NCBI RefSeq assembly: GCF_009914755.1
Contig: NC_060929.1
Length of the DNA stretch: 64,000 nucleotides
Source: the human T2T-CHM13v2.0 reference genome, Homo sapiens
Strand: one strand, 5' to 3'
Shown here: piece after piece, positions 1 to 13,055 of the stretch
Position numbering within the stretch: position 1 is the stretch's first letter
Layout: each line of letters opens with the position of its first letter
The notes under the pieces: model-generated
The model's database searches: none
What the model was told of the DNA's origin: nothing
Seen by the model: the letters and a program-made list of their open reading frames with translations, nothing else
Translations under genes and position numbers: made by a program

Positions 1-438
1 TCATTTAAGATCCAGAAGAAGACAAAGTGTCCTCTTTCACTATTGTTCTCTCTACTGTATGGGAGGAATTAACCAGTGAGACAAATCAAATAAATAAGTA
101 AAACATACACAGTTAAGAAATGAAAAATACAATTCTAAATTTTTAAACAACTCCATTACCTACACATAAACTTCTAGTGACTGTAAAAATCAGCTGCTGG
201 AATAAACTAGTAATTTTAGCCACATCATAGAAAAAATAAGTCAACCCATTAACTTATTTCTATATATTTCCAATGAGCAATTAATGATAAAAATCAAATC
301 CATGTAAAATACTAATAAAAATAAAATATGTATATATGATTTTAACAAATTACATGCAAGATCTCTCTAAATAGGAAACTAGCAAAAGTGTTGGGAGATG
401 TAGGAAAGTTCTAAATAAATGGAGTCGCATACAATAAT

Positions 439-859
439 TGATGGTTTTGATGTGTGTCCCTGCCCAAATCTGGTATGATGTAATCTCCAATGTTAGAGGT
501 GAGGCCTGATGGGAGGTGATTGGATCATGGGGTGGATTTCTCATGAGTGGTTCAGCATCATCCCTCTTGATACTGTTCTCATAATAGTGAGTGAGTGAGT
601 TCTCATGAGATCTGGTCATTTAAAAGTGTGTAGCAGCTTCCCCTTTCACTCTCTTGCTGTTCTGGCCATGTGACGTGCCTGTCCCCCTTTGCTTTCTGCC
701 ATGATTGTGCGTTTCCTGAGTCTTCCCAGAAGCTAAGTAGATGCCAGCATCATCCTTCCTGTATAGCCTGCAGAACAGTGGGGCAATTAAACCTCTTTTC
801 TTCATAAATTGTCGAATCTTCTGTATTTCTCTATAGCAATGCCGGAACAAACTAATACA
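439..859 (+). mobile_element. MSTA/MSTB (ERVL-MaLR) solo LTR
   Basis: Starts TGATGG..tgtgtccctgcccaaatc and ends ctaataca; perfect 5-bp TSD ATAAT at 434-438 and 860-864. Confidence 0.92.
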
Positions 860-1985
860 ATAATCATGGCTTGAAAGTTCAGTGAATTTTAGTGTGTAAA
901 AGGTTTTGGTTTTTCCAAATTAATCATTCTAGAAATCCTCACCATAATCACAAAAGATATTTTTATATAAATTGACACACTGATTTAAAAATGTACATCA
1001 AGAGAGCAAAAACAAATGATAGAAAGCTGAAAAAAAAGTTGGAATACTCACACTTCCTAACACCATGCAATAACTTAAAGCTATAGTCATCGAGAGAATG
1101 TGTTATTAGTAGATGGATAAACAATTAGAGTAATGGAATGGAATAGAGTTCACAAATAGATCCATGCTTATATGAATAATATAATATCAAAGATACTGCA
1201 GTTATTCAAAGGGGAAAGATAATTTTATTTAACAAAGTGTGCAGAACTACGAGATAAATGTGAAGAAAACAAACCTCAAGTCCTTCCTCACAACAAAAGC
1301 GTGAATGAGTTCAAAATTAAAGGAGTCCAAAATATATTATGGAACAATGTGTAAAAGTGAAAGCATAGGCTTCAAATATAAAGCACAGAAAATGTCTTAG
1401 TAAACTACATGAAAGCACTTCTTTTTATCCAAACTGTGGATACATTTCTTTTTATTCAGAAAGCAATAATTATATAATGATAAACTACAGAAATGTGTAA
1501 ATATATTTATACTTTAATGTTTATTTTTAATTACACAATTATATATACTATTTATTATGAATAAGAGCAAGAATATATAAATATAATGTACAACATAGAA
1601 ACGAGAGCTATAAAAACTAACAGATGCTACACAAAAATGATATAATAGCAAATAAGCAAATGAAAAATTTCTTAATATCGTTAGTAATAAAAAATAAAAT
1701 GAGATAATTATACACATCTACTAGAAAAGCTACTATTTTAAAAATTGTGTTACCAATATTTGGCATAGATGTCAAGAAACCAGACTCTAGAGTTTGCATA
1801 CATCGACGGTGGGAGTGTAACACAGTACAGCTACTTTGGATAACTAAATCTACCTTACATGTACCAATTCTACCCCTAGGCATTTATCCTAGGGGGGAGA
1901 AAAGCATAAGTCTGTAAAAAGGCTTGCACAAGTACCTTTATTCATTATTGTCAAAAACAGACACCATGCAACTGTCCACCAAGAG

Positions 1986-2175
1986 CGGCGTTCTCAAGTT
2001 CAGCACTATTAGCTGTTGAAGTGGCTTAATTCTTTGTTGTGGGGAGCTATCCTTTGTGGAACCCTGGCCTGTGGACACTCTATCCCCTCCTCCACAAACC
2101 TCTGATAACCAAAAGTGTCCCCAAACATTGGAAATGTCCCCGGCAGGTAAAATGTCCCTCATTTGAGAACCTCTG
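1986..2175 (-). mobile_element. MER20 (hAT-Charlie) DNA transposon
   Basis: TIR-like ends (gttctcaa ... ttgagaacctctg), internal aattctttgttgtgggg and caaacattggaaatgtcccc; flanks accaagag/gtcaagag resemble an 8-bp TSD. Confidence 0.85.
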
Positions 2176-2698
2176 GTCAAGAGTTTAGTAAATAAATTAT
2201 AGTGGTATGTCTATGAAATGAAATAATACGTAACAATAAAAAAAGGTGCTACTTCAACATGCAAGAAATTGTTGAATCTCAAAAATATTATGCTTAAGGA
2301 AAAAAGACAAAAAGAATTCATACTCTATAATTCTACTGATATATAATTGTAGAAAATAAAAGCTAATATATGGTAATAAAACCAGATTAGTACTGGATTG
2401 ACAATGTGTTGAAAGTCAAAAGAAGAGGCTTGAGATCTCTTTCTAGTGTGATGGTTTTACAAGTATATACGTATGTTAATGTTTAAAAATTTCACACCTC
2501 AAAAATGTGCAGTATACCAGATGTTAATTATATCTCATAAAGCTATTAAAATTTTATCTCAAAATTATAGCTTTATTGCATTTAGGGCATTATCCAATTT
2601 TGAATCTAGTCCAGTTATCATAGCTTAATGCAGTATTATGAAAATAATGCCTATAAAGGTCCAGTTCCTCAAACACCCTTGGAACCAATTTTGTCATC

Positions 2699-3180
2699 TA
2701 TATTAGTTACCTTGGGCTGCTATAATGAAGTACCACAAGCTGTGTGTCTTTAAGCAACAGAAATTTCTTCCCTCACAGTTGCGGAGGTCAGAGGTCAGAA
2801 AACAAGGTGTCTGCAGGACCAACCTCTCCTCTGGATGCTCTAGGTGAGAATCTTTTCCATGCCTTTCTCTTAGCTTCTGATGTTGCCATCAGAACTTCAG
2901 ATGGTGTTCCTTGGCTTCTGTCAATATTAATACATAAATCCTTTTCAGTCTCAGCTTCTCTCTTCACATGGTCCTCTCCACATCCTATCTGTTTCTGTTC
3001 CCTCTTCTTATAAAGACAACCCATGTTATTTTAAGTCCCACCTACAGACATAATTTTAGCTTGATTACATCTGCAAAAACTTTGTGTCCAAATGAGGTTT
3101 CATTTACCTTATGTGTATAACTAGGGGTTAGGGCTTGAACATACGGGTTTGGGGAGGGGAACACAGTTCAGACCATGACA
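2699..3180 (-). mobile_element. MLT1C/MLT1D-like MaLR LTR
   Basis: tattagttaccttgggctgctataatgaagtaccacaa...caacagaaattt..ctcacagtt at one end; cacagttcagaccatgaca at the other. Confidence 0.85.
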
Positions 3181-5605
3181 CTCATTGTTTCACTCATTAA
3201 TGAGTTAAGGGTGCTTTGATATTATTACATTTGAATGAGAGTGGTTTTTAAAATTACATTTTGTCGGGTAGTTTGTTCCACCCTGATGCTTAAAGGGAGT
3301 CACCTGCCTCAGCCAATTAAACTGTGTTGTCTCTGCAGTGCGTTTTATCACAAGAACATGACCTTTAAGCACAAGAACACCTTGTACTCCACCACTAAAA
3401 ACAGAAATGACATCTACCTTCACTGCTTCCCTATTTCTCCCCATCTTTACTGACTTGGTATTTTGTTGTTGCTGTCATTTCTGGTTGTTGGTCAATTTTC
3501 ATTTCTGTTCTTATTTTGCTGATAATTCTTATAAATCAGTGCTGAATTTTGTCAAATTATTTTTCTGCATCTCTACAGATGATCATTTTATGTTTTCGTC
3601 CCTGTGATAATTTAGTGAATGTCATTGATCAATTTTTAAATAATGAATATCTTTGCATTTAAGATAATATTTTTCACTATTGATGTTATCTCTGAAATGA
3701 AAGCTAAACCTAGTCAATAGATATTAGAGGTGCATGATTTTTAAAATTGTATAAAATTAGATAAAAAATACAAAGAAATATATATAATTTTAAAACTATG
3801 TAAAAATGTAAATGCCAAATGATAGAGCACTAAATGAAGCTTGTAATATTAAATACAATCTTTAGAAACTCTTTTGCAGTGCAGGAAAAAAATAGAACTG
3901 AAAACAAAGCAGAAGAAATCACAGATATAAAATTAAAGAGGATAGAATTAAGCACCGGAGTTCCCACATCTAAAGTGAAAATCTAAGAATTTAAATATCA
4001 TTCAAATGCAGACTAAAATACAATATAAAATAAAATTTCCTGAGCTAATTTTTAAAATACTGCTTAATTTGTAGGTAAAAATGCAGACTAATTTTCTGAC
4101 TATATTACTATAAAAACCTTCTACAAATATTTTTTAACTAAAATTATAAGAAAAACATCCGCCATAAACACGTAAGATTAGTATTTTCGTTTCTGAAGTA
4201 TAAAATGTCTGGATAGACTTGAGCTTGTTGCTTTAGTTTTATATGTGAAGACTGGAAAAATTCTGTTTTGTTTTGAAAAATATTTTGAGCTAAAAATGTT
4301 GTATTCCACATTTGTTAGGAATGGAAGTCTTTAAAATATGAAATATTTCCAATTGAAGAAAAATAGTGAAAATGAACTTTATCTGAATAAGATTAATGAA
4401 AATTACATGTTGAAAAAGTAAAATAGTTATGTGTACTAACAGTGACTACTAACCCAACAATATAAAATTAAGTAAAAATATTATTACCATGTTAAATACA
4501 AATTAAAATTAATTATAAAAAAGTTAAGATCTATGATTAAAGTATTAAAATAAAATGAGACTGTATTCACAAATCTAAAAGCAAATTGGTGAATGACATA
4601 TTTTTTGAAATAATAAATTCTTTGGCATATTTTATATTTTTTATTATAAATGAAAATTATTTATTTGAAATATTTAAAGGAACAAAATATTTGCAGCTCT
4701 ATTTTATTGAGAAAGGAATTACAAAACAAAAACAAGGAGCTTTTGTAATTACAAAAGAATATATTAATAATATTATTTAGAAGCACAAAACCAGAAAAGC
4801 TTTATATTATTTCTAACAATAAATGTAAACCATCTAATTTTCTGAAAAGGGGTGGAAATAAATATTTAACAAAGAAGATGTTATTCTTAAATTGTAATAT
4901 GTACATTGCCTAAAAATAAAAAGGTAGTTGAAGATATATTGTGAACAACAAAAAATGAAGAGCTGATAATATTAATGTGCGAAGGAAACTCATAACATAT
5001 TGTACTAATTATAAATCAGTGTATTGACAAAACCTGAGTCCTCAATTATTATTGACTGTTATTGACATGTTAATGATAGAATATTAAATATAGAATATAA
5101 TAAAGCAATTTAGAATAAAAAAGAGAAAGCGATAGACATGAATAGAAACAAAATGCAACTGTTCAATATTAAAAGCCTTTCTAAATTGCTTGTGTTTTTC
5201 TAGTGACCTGTTTCGCTATGCAGTGTAGGCTCAGGTGTCTAGATTTTAGTTGCAGATAAACACAGGTAGTGTTTTCCAGATCTCAGAATGACCAGTTACA
5301 TAAAAATAGGCCATAAACCATATATTTCATTCTTACGGTTGACAAACCTCTAATTCACCTGAAAATATTAAAAAGAAAGAAGACAGACGTGACAGTGGTT
5401 GGAAGTTGAGGATAAGAAGAAGTTGGCAGAAATAAGCTTTCTTCTTTTGGACAGCAATGCATGATAAAAAAAATTAAACTAAATTCAGTTCATTTCCACT
5501 AACTGGGACTTATTTAGAAACTTTAAGAAAGTCTGAAGAATTTCAATTGAGGAGTAAATAAGGGCCAATTTATTTCATAGTGTGGACTCTCAAGACAATA
5601 TACAA

Positions 5606-5705
5606 CAGTGCTTCTCAAAGTTAAACAGTGTATGAGTGACCTGGAAATGAAGATGCAGATTTAATAGGGCTGGAGAGAAGTCTGAGATTCTCAATTTCTA
5701 ATGAA
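5606..5705. mobile_element. MER5A-like hAT fragment
   Basis: cagtgcttctcaaagtt...aagatgcagatt...ctgagattctcaatttctaa. Confidence 0.55.
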
Positions 5706-6517
5706 TTAAATTACAAAGAGGAGAAAATAAGGTTATTGCTTACTTTATATACATTCACAAACACAGGCTAATCAAATAATTGTTTAAAGTATTGCTCTGA
5801 TAAGAATTAAATTACATAGTTCATAGGAAACATTTTCTTTACATTCGGATTTTATCTATTATTAGAATAATAATAGAATCTTGACTTTATGTAACTCTAT
5901 GTTCCAAACAACTAGAAACTTTTCGATAGCAATTGTTCACCATTTAATAACATTTTTCCAAGATACCTAATGCACTCAAGGACAAAATAGCTGCCTTCCA
6001 GTGATTTCCAATTTATTCAATTTTCAGGCCATCTGTCTGCCCACACAATGACAGATTATAGTTACATTCTTGCCATGCTCTGAACAGCTAAGCCAATTGT
6101 TTTCAATCTTTTTTCTTCAGCAACTCCATCTCTTAAAGTACTTCAGAGTAGTTCCTGAAAGGATTCCTCTTTAGTTAAATGGCTATACAGCTCTCCCATC
6201 ATCCAAAATAATCAGTGGAGAGATAGCAATATTTTTCATTACATTAGGCCAAGTTCCATTGCTTCCTTCATCTTGTAATCTGATCAGAAACACCACTATA
6301 GATTCAATAATTGAGTTTAGAGTTTCAGAGAATTTGGGGTCACAGAACATCTATGTCTATTTTGTAAAGATTATTGCATATTACTGAAATAGCTTGTCAA
6401 ACACTGCAGTCTGCTTAAAGTATCAAAATAGAAATGTTGAATGCTGTGTCTGCACAGAGTTCATTTAAGCAAAGAATCTACTAGGCTCTTAAGTCTGTTA
6501 ATGCAAATTCCTGAATA

Positions 6518-6876
6518 CAGCTGACCCTCCATACCCCCATTGTGGGTGGATTTAACTAACCATGAATCAAACATATTTGTTAAAAGAAATACCAAAAATA
6601 ATTTTTAAAAAGAAATACAACAATAAAACAATGCAAATAAAAAACAATCCTTATAACAATTATGTGCATAGCATTTATATTGTATTCAGTATTATTAATG
6701 TAAGTAATCTGGAAATGATAGAAAGTATACAAGAGGGTGTGTGTAAGTTATATGCAAATACTAGGCCATTTTATATAAGAAACTTGAGCATCTCTGGCTT
6801 TTGCTATGAAGGGATGATGGTGGTAGGATTGGTGGTGGTCCTGGAACAAATCCCCAGCAGGTACCAAGGGGGACTG
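6518..6876 (-). mobile_element. MER2 (TcMar-Tigger) non-autonomous DNA transposon
   Basis: CAG...CTG termini flanked by TA on both sides; internal gcatagcatttatattgtatt, ttatatgcaaatact, ttttatataagaaacttgagcatc, gtcctggaacaaatcccc. Confidence 0.9.
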
Positions 6877-7232
6877 TAGACCCCAAAGCTGTTTAGGAAT
6901 GGGTCACAGCAGCAGGACTGAGGCAGGAATGCTCCCCACAGAAAACATCAACCACCTGTTGATTTTTGAATCTGCTCCTCTCAGGCATGCCTTCAAATGC
7001 TATAACCTGGAGATTCAACTCATTTTCATGCTGCTAAGTAGGAATAGGTGATTCAATTCCCCAAGAAAGTGACAGAGGTCCCTGAAATATAGATTTAAAG
7101 TTACATAGTGTCAAATGCTAGTCATTTTCTTTTTGCTCGATGGTATCCTCTCAGAAAAACCTTTTATAATATTTCTAATTCATTTACCAGATTTATAGAA
7201 TCATCAAATTGTCTATCCATGTGTTTTTCAAA

Positions 7233-7316
7233 TATTTTGTGAAGTGTCTAGGGTAACAACCTAGTGTTCGAACGTATTTTGTGAAGTGGCTAGGGTAACA
7301 ACGTAATGTTCGAACT
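7233..7316. repeat. 42-bp tandem duplication (2 copies)
   Basis: tattttgtgaagtg(t/g)ctagggtaacaac(c/g)ta(g/a)tgttcgaac present twice in tandem. Confidence 0.95.
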
Positions 7317-7529
7317 TATGTTCGTATTTAAATACAAATGTATTTTGGTTGAGTGATTACTCAAGGTCACTGAGGAATCCACAAGGTTAACCTCCTGACT
7401 CTAGAACCATTGTTATATAGAGATATATAAATAGCTGATTTAATATTATAGGCTTAGCAAAATATTTAATAAATAAGGTCTTAGTAAAACAACACACATG
7501 TATTTATCCACTTATTTAATTTTGTTTTT

Positions 7530-7660
7530 CCATTTCTTCTGAACATAAGTTCCTGAGGACACGGGCCTTTTTTCACAGTTCATTTTTGGATTCCAACATC
7601 TAGCCAGTACTTTGCAAAGAGCACTGAATTTGAAAGAAATTTCTCAGTTAATGATTTGAA
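7530..7660 (+). mobile_element. L2 3' end fragment
   Basis: ataagttcctgaggacacgggcc...ttccaacatctagccagt resembles the L2 3' tail. Confidence 0.5.
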
Positions 7661-8599
7661 TCATATAAAATATTTAGTAAATTTGAAAACTAGTAACCGT
7701 GTAAAGCGATTAAAACAAACATACTAGAGGGTAATAATCCCCCGCCCCTTGCCTTCTTCCTTTACATCCACTTCATTCCTATTCTTGTCTACTTCCCCTG
7801 CCCCACCCAGGGAACGTGGTTAGCCCATCAACTGCAAAGACTGTTCTCATATAATATTGTTCTGATGGATAATGAGACTCTGAAAGTGGAACATAAACAG
7901 ATAAAACAAAAACAAACAGAAAAGAACCCAAAAACCTAAACTCAACTTCAGTTAAAGCAGAAAATATCTGTCCAGCCTAAACCAGGCATACTCCACAGAC
8001 TTCTGTTAGACGCCTGATCCTACTTCAGTCTGGAACCACCTAGTCTTCAGGTTTGCCTGGTGCTCACCAGCTGAAGAAATCCTTTAACGACCTTTATTCA
8101 GTCAAGTAAATCGTTTTCTTTTGGCAACTTGCATGTTATTTTTTAGGTTTTCATTTATTTATTTTTTTATATTTAAAGTCATATTTTCTTCCTTTTATTC
8201 ACTTTGCTGGTCTTTCTCACTTTGATTTTTTTTTTTTTTTGCCTTGTTTTGCATTTGTTTACTTTAACATTTTTTGTAACTTATCTCTTTTATTTTGGAA
8301 ATTATTCACATTATCAGTTTTCTTTTGCTAGGCAATTTTGATATTCTAATAAACATTATTAACATAAAATATAAAGTTTACTAACACCAAGCCCAAACAA
8401 TACAAAGTCTTAGGGCTCTTTAATTGCAATTATTTAAAAATATTTGCTACAAATTGTTCATTATTTTATATTCATGTTGTTTTTCTTATTCCCACAAATC
8501 ACATATTGTTGGTGTGTTTGTTAAATAAAATTGTGACTGCTTATATATGTTTTTTCACATCCTTTCTTCTTCTAATATTTTGGAATTTACATCCAGTTA

Positions 8600-9070
8600 A
8601 TTATCCTTTATTCTATGGTACATACTGTAAAAGTTACTATTCTTGGTAGTAAACTCTCAGTTTTTGGATTGTCTGAAGATGTCTCTATTTTGATCTGCTC
8701 TTGAATTCTAAATCTAATTGACATAAAATTCTAGATTTGCCATTATCATTTATTAGCACTTCAAAGATATTCCACAATTTTCTGACTTTCAATATTTTTG
8801 TTGGTAAAAATGGTGATTGTTAATTGGCTTGCATATTCTGTTTTGGATATTCCACTGTTTCCTTATAATTTGTTTATTTATAAGGAAACTTATAAACAAA
8901 TTATAAGGAAACAATAGAATATCCAAAATAAAGAGAATAGTTATGGGTTCGTATAGATAATTCTTCAGAATCTACTAATTTGTGTCTTTCTTCTTTACTT
9001 CTGTAAACTTTTCAGCTACTATATATTAGAATATTTCTTAACTTTTTTATATTCATTCTGAAATTTCTTG
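8600..9070 (-). mobile_element. Ancient L1M/HAL1 ORF1-region fragment
   Basis: aaactctcagttttt...gtctgaagatgtctctattttg...ataaaattctag...agcacttcaaagatattccac matches antisense old L1 ORF1. Confidence 0.6.
8841..8928. repeat. Inverted repeat, 37-bp arms, 14-bp spacer
   Basis: 8841-8877 and 8892-8928 are reverse complements at 35/37 positions. Confidence 0.95.
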
Positions 9071-12000
9071 CTGAAATTTGTTCAGAAGGTGAGTTAACGG
9101 AGCTATACATCTTTAGTGTCATGTGCTCTAAATTGCAAAATACATGTATTTTTATTTCAGACAACTTGAGTAACATTTGTGCAAATGTTTTATATACACG
9201 GACTTAATTTGGTAAATTTAGGCATGTGGTAGACAAATTTAAAAATGTATAAAAATCGTGGGCAAGCATATGAACATTCTATTTTTGCTACTATAAAAAA
9301 ATAGCAGACTATCCAACTATTTTATGATACTCAACGATACATCTTACTAAATGGTCACGACTCTTGCCTCTCAGGGTCAGAGTTTGCAATAGTGAAAGCA
9401 AGAGAAAGCCACGGAAAAAAAAACAGGGAGAGGGAAAATATTAAGCTCTAGAATATGTACATTGTTTTGCTTGTATAAATTTAGAACATTCAACACATGT
9501 TTACAATGAATACATATAAAATACCAATGACATGAGGAGAATTAGAATAGAAATAAATACAAGGATTCTTTCATGATAACTAAAAATATCAGTGAAGGTT
9601 TGTACATAAAATTTAGGGATTTTATATTATTACCTAATACAATTCTGGCTATAACATCACTAAAGGATTGTAAACGTCTGCTGGGAAACCTATGGGAAAA
9701 AAATGCAAGTGGAACTGGTGTCATACAAACACATTTTCTAATGGGAAGCTTAACTGGTGAAATGTAAGTTGGAAACATTACTCAATTTAGGTCTATGAAA
9801 ATGTTTTCCCAAATACAATCTTTTCTTGTTTGATAGGAGGTTTTACTGTGATGTATTATTTCTGACAGCCTCTTTTTTTTTTTTTTAAAGGAAACGAGTA
9901 GAATTAAGTGAATTGATTATCATATCTAACCTGTAAGTACAAATTACTTTCCCTTGGAATTACATAATTGATAATTGTACATCCTCAGATGTGTTTGAAT
10001 CTGAGATTTACTCTAAACTCAGAGAAAAAAAAGTGAAATTTTGTTTCCATTGTGGCACCTTTGTTTCCTTTTTAAGTTTTCAAAATTTCTTAAAAATTAT
10101 TTTTCCCTTTCATAATTTATTCAACAAGTATCTATTGTTAGGTGTTGGGAACACAAGACCTAAAACTCCTGACAAATATATTCTATTTCTGAGGTCAATT
10201 TGTACATTAATAAATGCATATATAATACCAGACAAGATTGTAATGCTAACCAGTTTGACTTTGAGGCACGGTATTCAGAATGTAAATGCCCCTGGAAAAA
10301 ACATTGAATATAAATGCCCCTGGAGAAAGAATGTAGTTGGAAAAAACATTCTGAGGTAAAATTATGCAATATTGGTATGACTAATTAGAGTGACCAGAGG
10401 TTCACACATTTTTGTGACATGCCATTGGTAGAAAAAGAGCCATAGCTGAAAAAATATGGCAGTCATAAGATGTCAGTGGAAATGAAGACAAGGATACCTT
10501 TTGGTCAATTTTCTTGAAAATATTGGCTTTTTCAACAGTGTAGTTTATTTAAAATTTAGTCCCAGTTCTTAGCAATTATTTATATACTGATGGACTTATA
10601 TCCAGGGTCTTCTTGAATTAAAAAAAGTCAAAAAATAATTTTATAAATTTAAAATATTATAAAATTATGATATATACAATTCTTGCTCTCTCTGTCATAT
10701 TTTTCCAATTTTTTGTCTGTCTTGTTTTTTCTTGCCTTTTCTTCCCTGTCCTTTCCCTTTCGTTTCTTTTCTTTTTGTTTCCTTTGTCTGGCCTTGCTTT
10801 GAGTTTCTTTTCCAAACGAATTCACTGGAGGTGGTATTTTTATGCATAATATACACAGCAAATGTCTAGGGCCTCTCATTTTTTACAAATCTTTGTAAGA
10901 AAAGGCTATCTATTAACCCAATGACATTGTCATAACCTTTTCTAAATTTCAATGATATTCAGTTTCTCACAGCTATTACATTACAAAGTATACCTCAGTA
11001 AAAATCTAGTAGGTCATAGGGCTGATGTTGCTGATTGCTCACTTGCTCAAGCCAGAAGCTTAGAATACATGCTTGATTCTTCACTTTCCTGTGGGTTTAT
11101 GCCAAATCAATTTCAAATCTATAGATCTTATCCTCTAAATAACATACAGCATGCCTACTTTTTTCTCTCTCTCGACTACTGTCACATTAATTCAAAAGAA
11201 AAAGACTGATGATTCCTAACTTCCTGGCTTCAGTAATTGGCAACGATGACATCACTACTAAGGCTTCACTTCTCACCTCTGCTTCCATATGAGTGTAATG
11301 TTATTTTCTCCTATGACAGATAAGTTTATTTTTCACCATTAAAAGGTAAGAAACTCACGCATAACCAAAGTTGGAGGAGACAGTTATTTTTTTTCCCCAG
11401 CTTGCCTGTTAAAACCATAAGGAATGATTAATCTGCCATGGTGCTTGATGTGGCCCAGGGATGTGCTCAGACTCAGTCATGTAGGGGCAGGTGGTATTAA
11501 CATTAGTTCAAACATGGAACCATGGCATGTGTTAGAAATAATGGCTTATATTAGAAACCGGACATAAAATTGTCGTGAGCAAGAAAGTTACCTCAATTTG
11601 AGTCTACTAGAAGTTTCAGAGTGCCATTTCACATGGCCACAAAGTTCAAAAGTTCCAAAAGAAGCAAAAGTTTGACCAAGAAATCAGTGATTTTTTAAAA
11701 AAGAGAAATTGAGCTCAATCATGTTTTTTATATCTTCTACTGTACTAAAAGTTTTTTTCTCAATAATTGACTAAAAGTTCATTAACTACTGCACAGACTT
11801 CAATATTTAGAAATGTAATACGGGCTTGCTAACTAAAAGTGAAGTTATTTTATTGTCGGAACTAGCTATTGTTAGAAAGACTCATTTGCTTTTTATAATA
11901 CAATTTTACATATGATTTATAGATTTACAGATTATAACAATTTATAGATTATTACCTCATTAATTTATTGAATAACCTGACTAAATTACTTAGTCACTGA

Positions 12001-12287
12001 ATTAAATACAACCCAGCCTTAATACTTTGGGTCAAGGAACATTGACCAAATATGTATTTATGCCACAGATTCCTTGAAATTTCTTACCAAAGTAAATTGT
12101 TTCATGAAAAATACAGAAATAAATTGGTAACTAAATAAAACATGTTCTATATTTCAACTTGAAAAATTAAAGAAATTAATAATTCTTAAAATCAAAGCAA
12201 TGATCATTTGTTTCCTAATTATTATTATTGTGAATGTACTTAAAATTTTTGCTATGCTTTTAAGAAAGATGTACTTCTATTAAAAAT

Positions 12288-13013
12288 TATTAAAATAAAC
12301 AGCAGAGAGACTGACTTTTCAAAATAGTTTATCTGGGAAGAGCAATGAACTGCAATTTGGGATATGTGTACCGTACTGAACCATAGGCACATTTGAAAAA
12401 GCTGGGGGAGCCGAAGCTTTTTTAAGGGTAAAAGGTGAAGTTCCCCATCAAACTACCGTTGGCATTCTTCACAGAATTAGAAAAACCTATTTGAAATTTC
12501 ATATGGAATCAAAGAAGACCCCATATAGCCAAGACAATCCTAAGCATAAAGAACAAAACTGGAGGCATCACACTACCTGACTTCATTACTGCAGGGCCTC
12601 AGTAACCAAAACAGCATGGAACTGGTACCAAAACAGACATATAGACCAATGAAGGTGAACATAGACCTCAGAAATACACCACACGTCTACAACCACCTGA
12701 TCTTCAACAAACCTGACAAAAACAAGCAATGGGAAAGGATCTCATATTCAGTAATAATGTGGGAAATCTGGCTAGCCATATGCAGGAAACTGAAACTGGA
12801 CCCCTTCCTTACACCTTATACAAAAATTAACTCAAGATGGATTAAAGACTTAAATGTAAAACCCCAAACCGTAAAAACCCTAGAAGAAAACCTAGGCAAC
12901 AACATTCAGGACATAGGCAGGGTGGGCAAAGACTTCATGACAAAAATGCCAAAAGCAATTGCAACAAAAGCCAAAATTGACAATGGGATCTAATTAAACT
13001 AAAGAGCTTCTGC

Positions 13014-13055
<42 letters not shown>

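Larger units (their letters stand above)
1..2550 (+). mobile_element. Ancient L1M (L1MC/ME-like) ORF2-to-3'UTR remnant, interrupted by an MST LTR and MER20
   Basis: Degenerate similarity to the L1 ORF2 RT/3' region (e.g. ctaaataaatgga, gaatactcacacttcctaa, aatggaatggaatagag, tacagctactttgga), collinear across both insertions; L1M-like end 'ttatatctcataaagctattaaaa'. Confidence 0.75.

Noticed and set aside
3700-5170. Possible very old L1/HAL1 ORF1 remnant in an A-rich stretch
   Set aside because: Similarity is too weak to call by eye.
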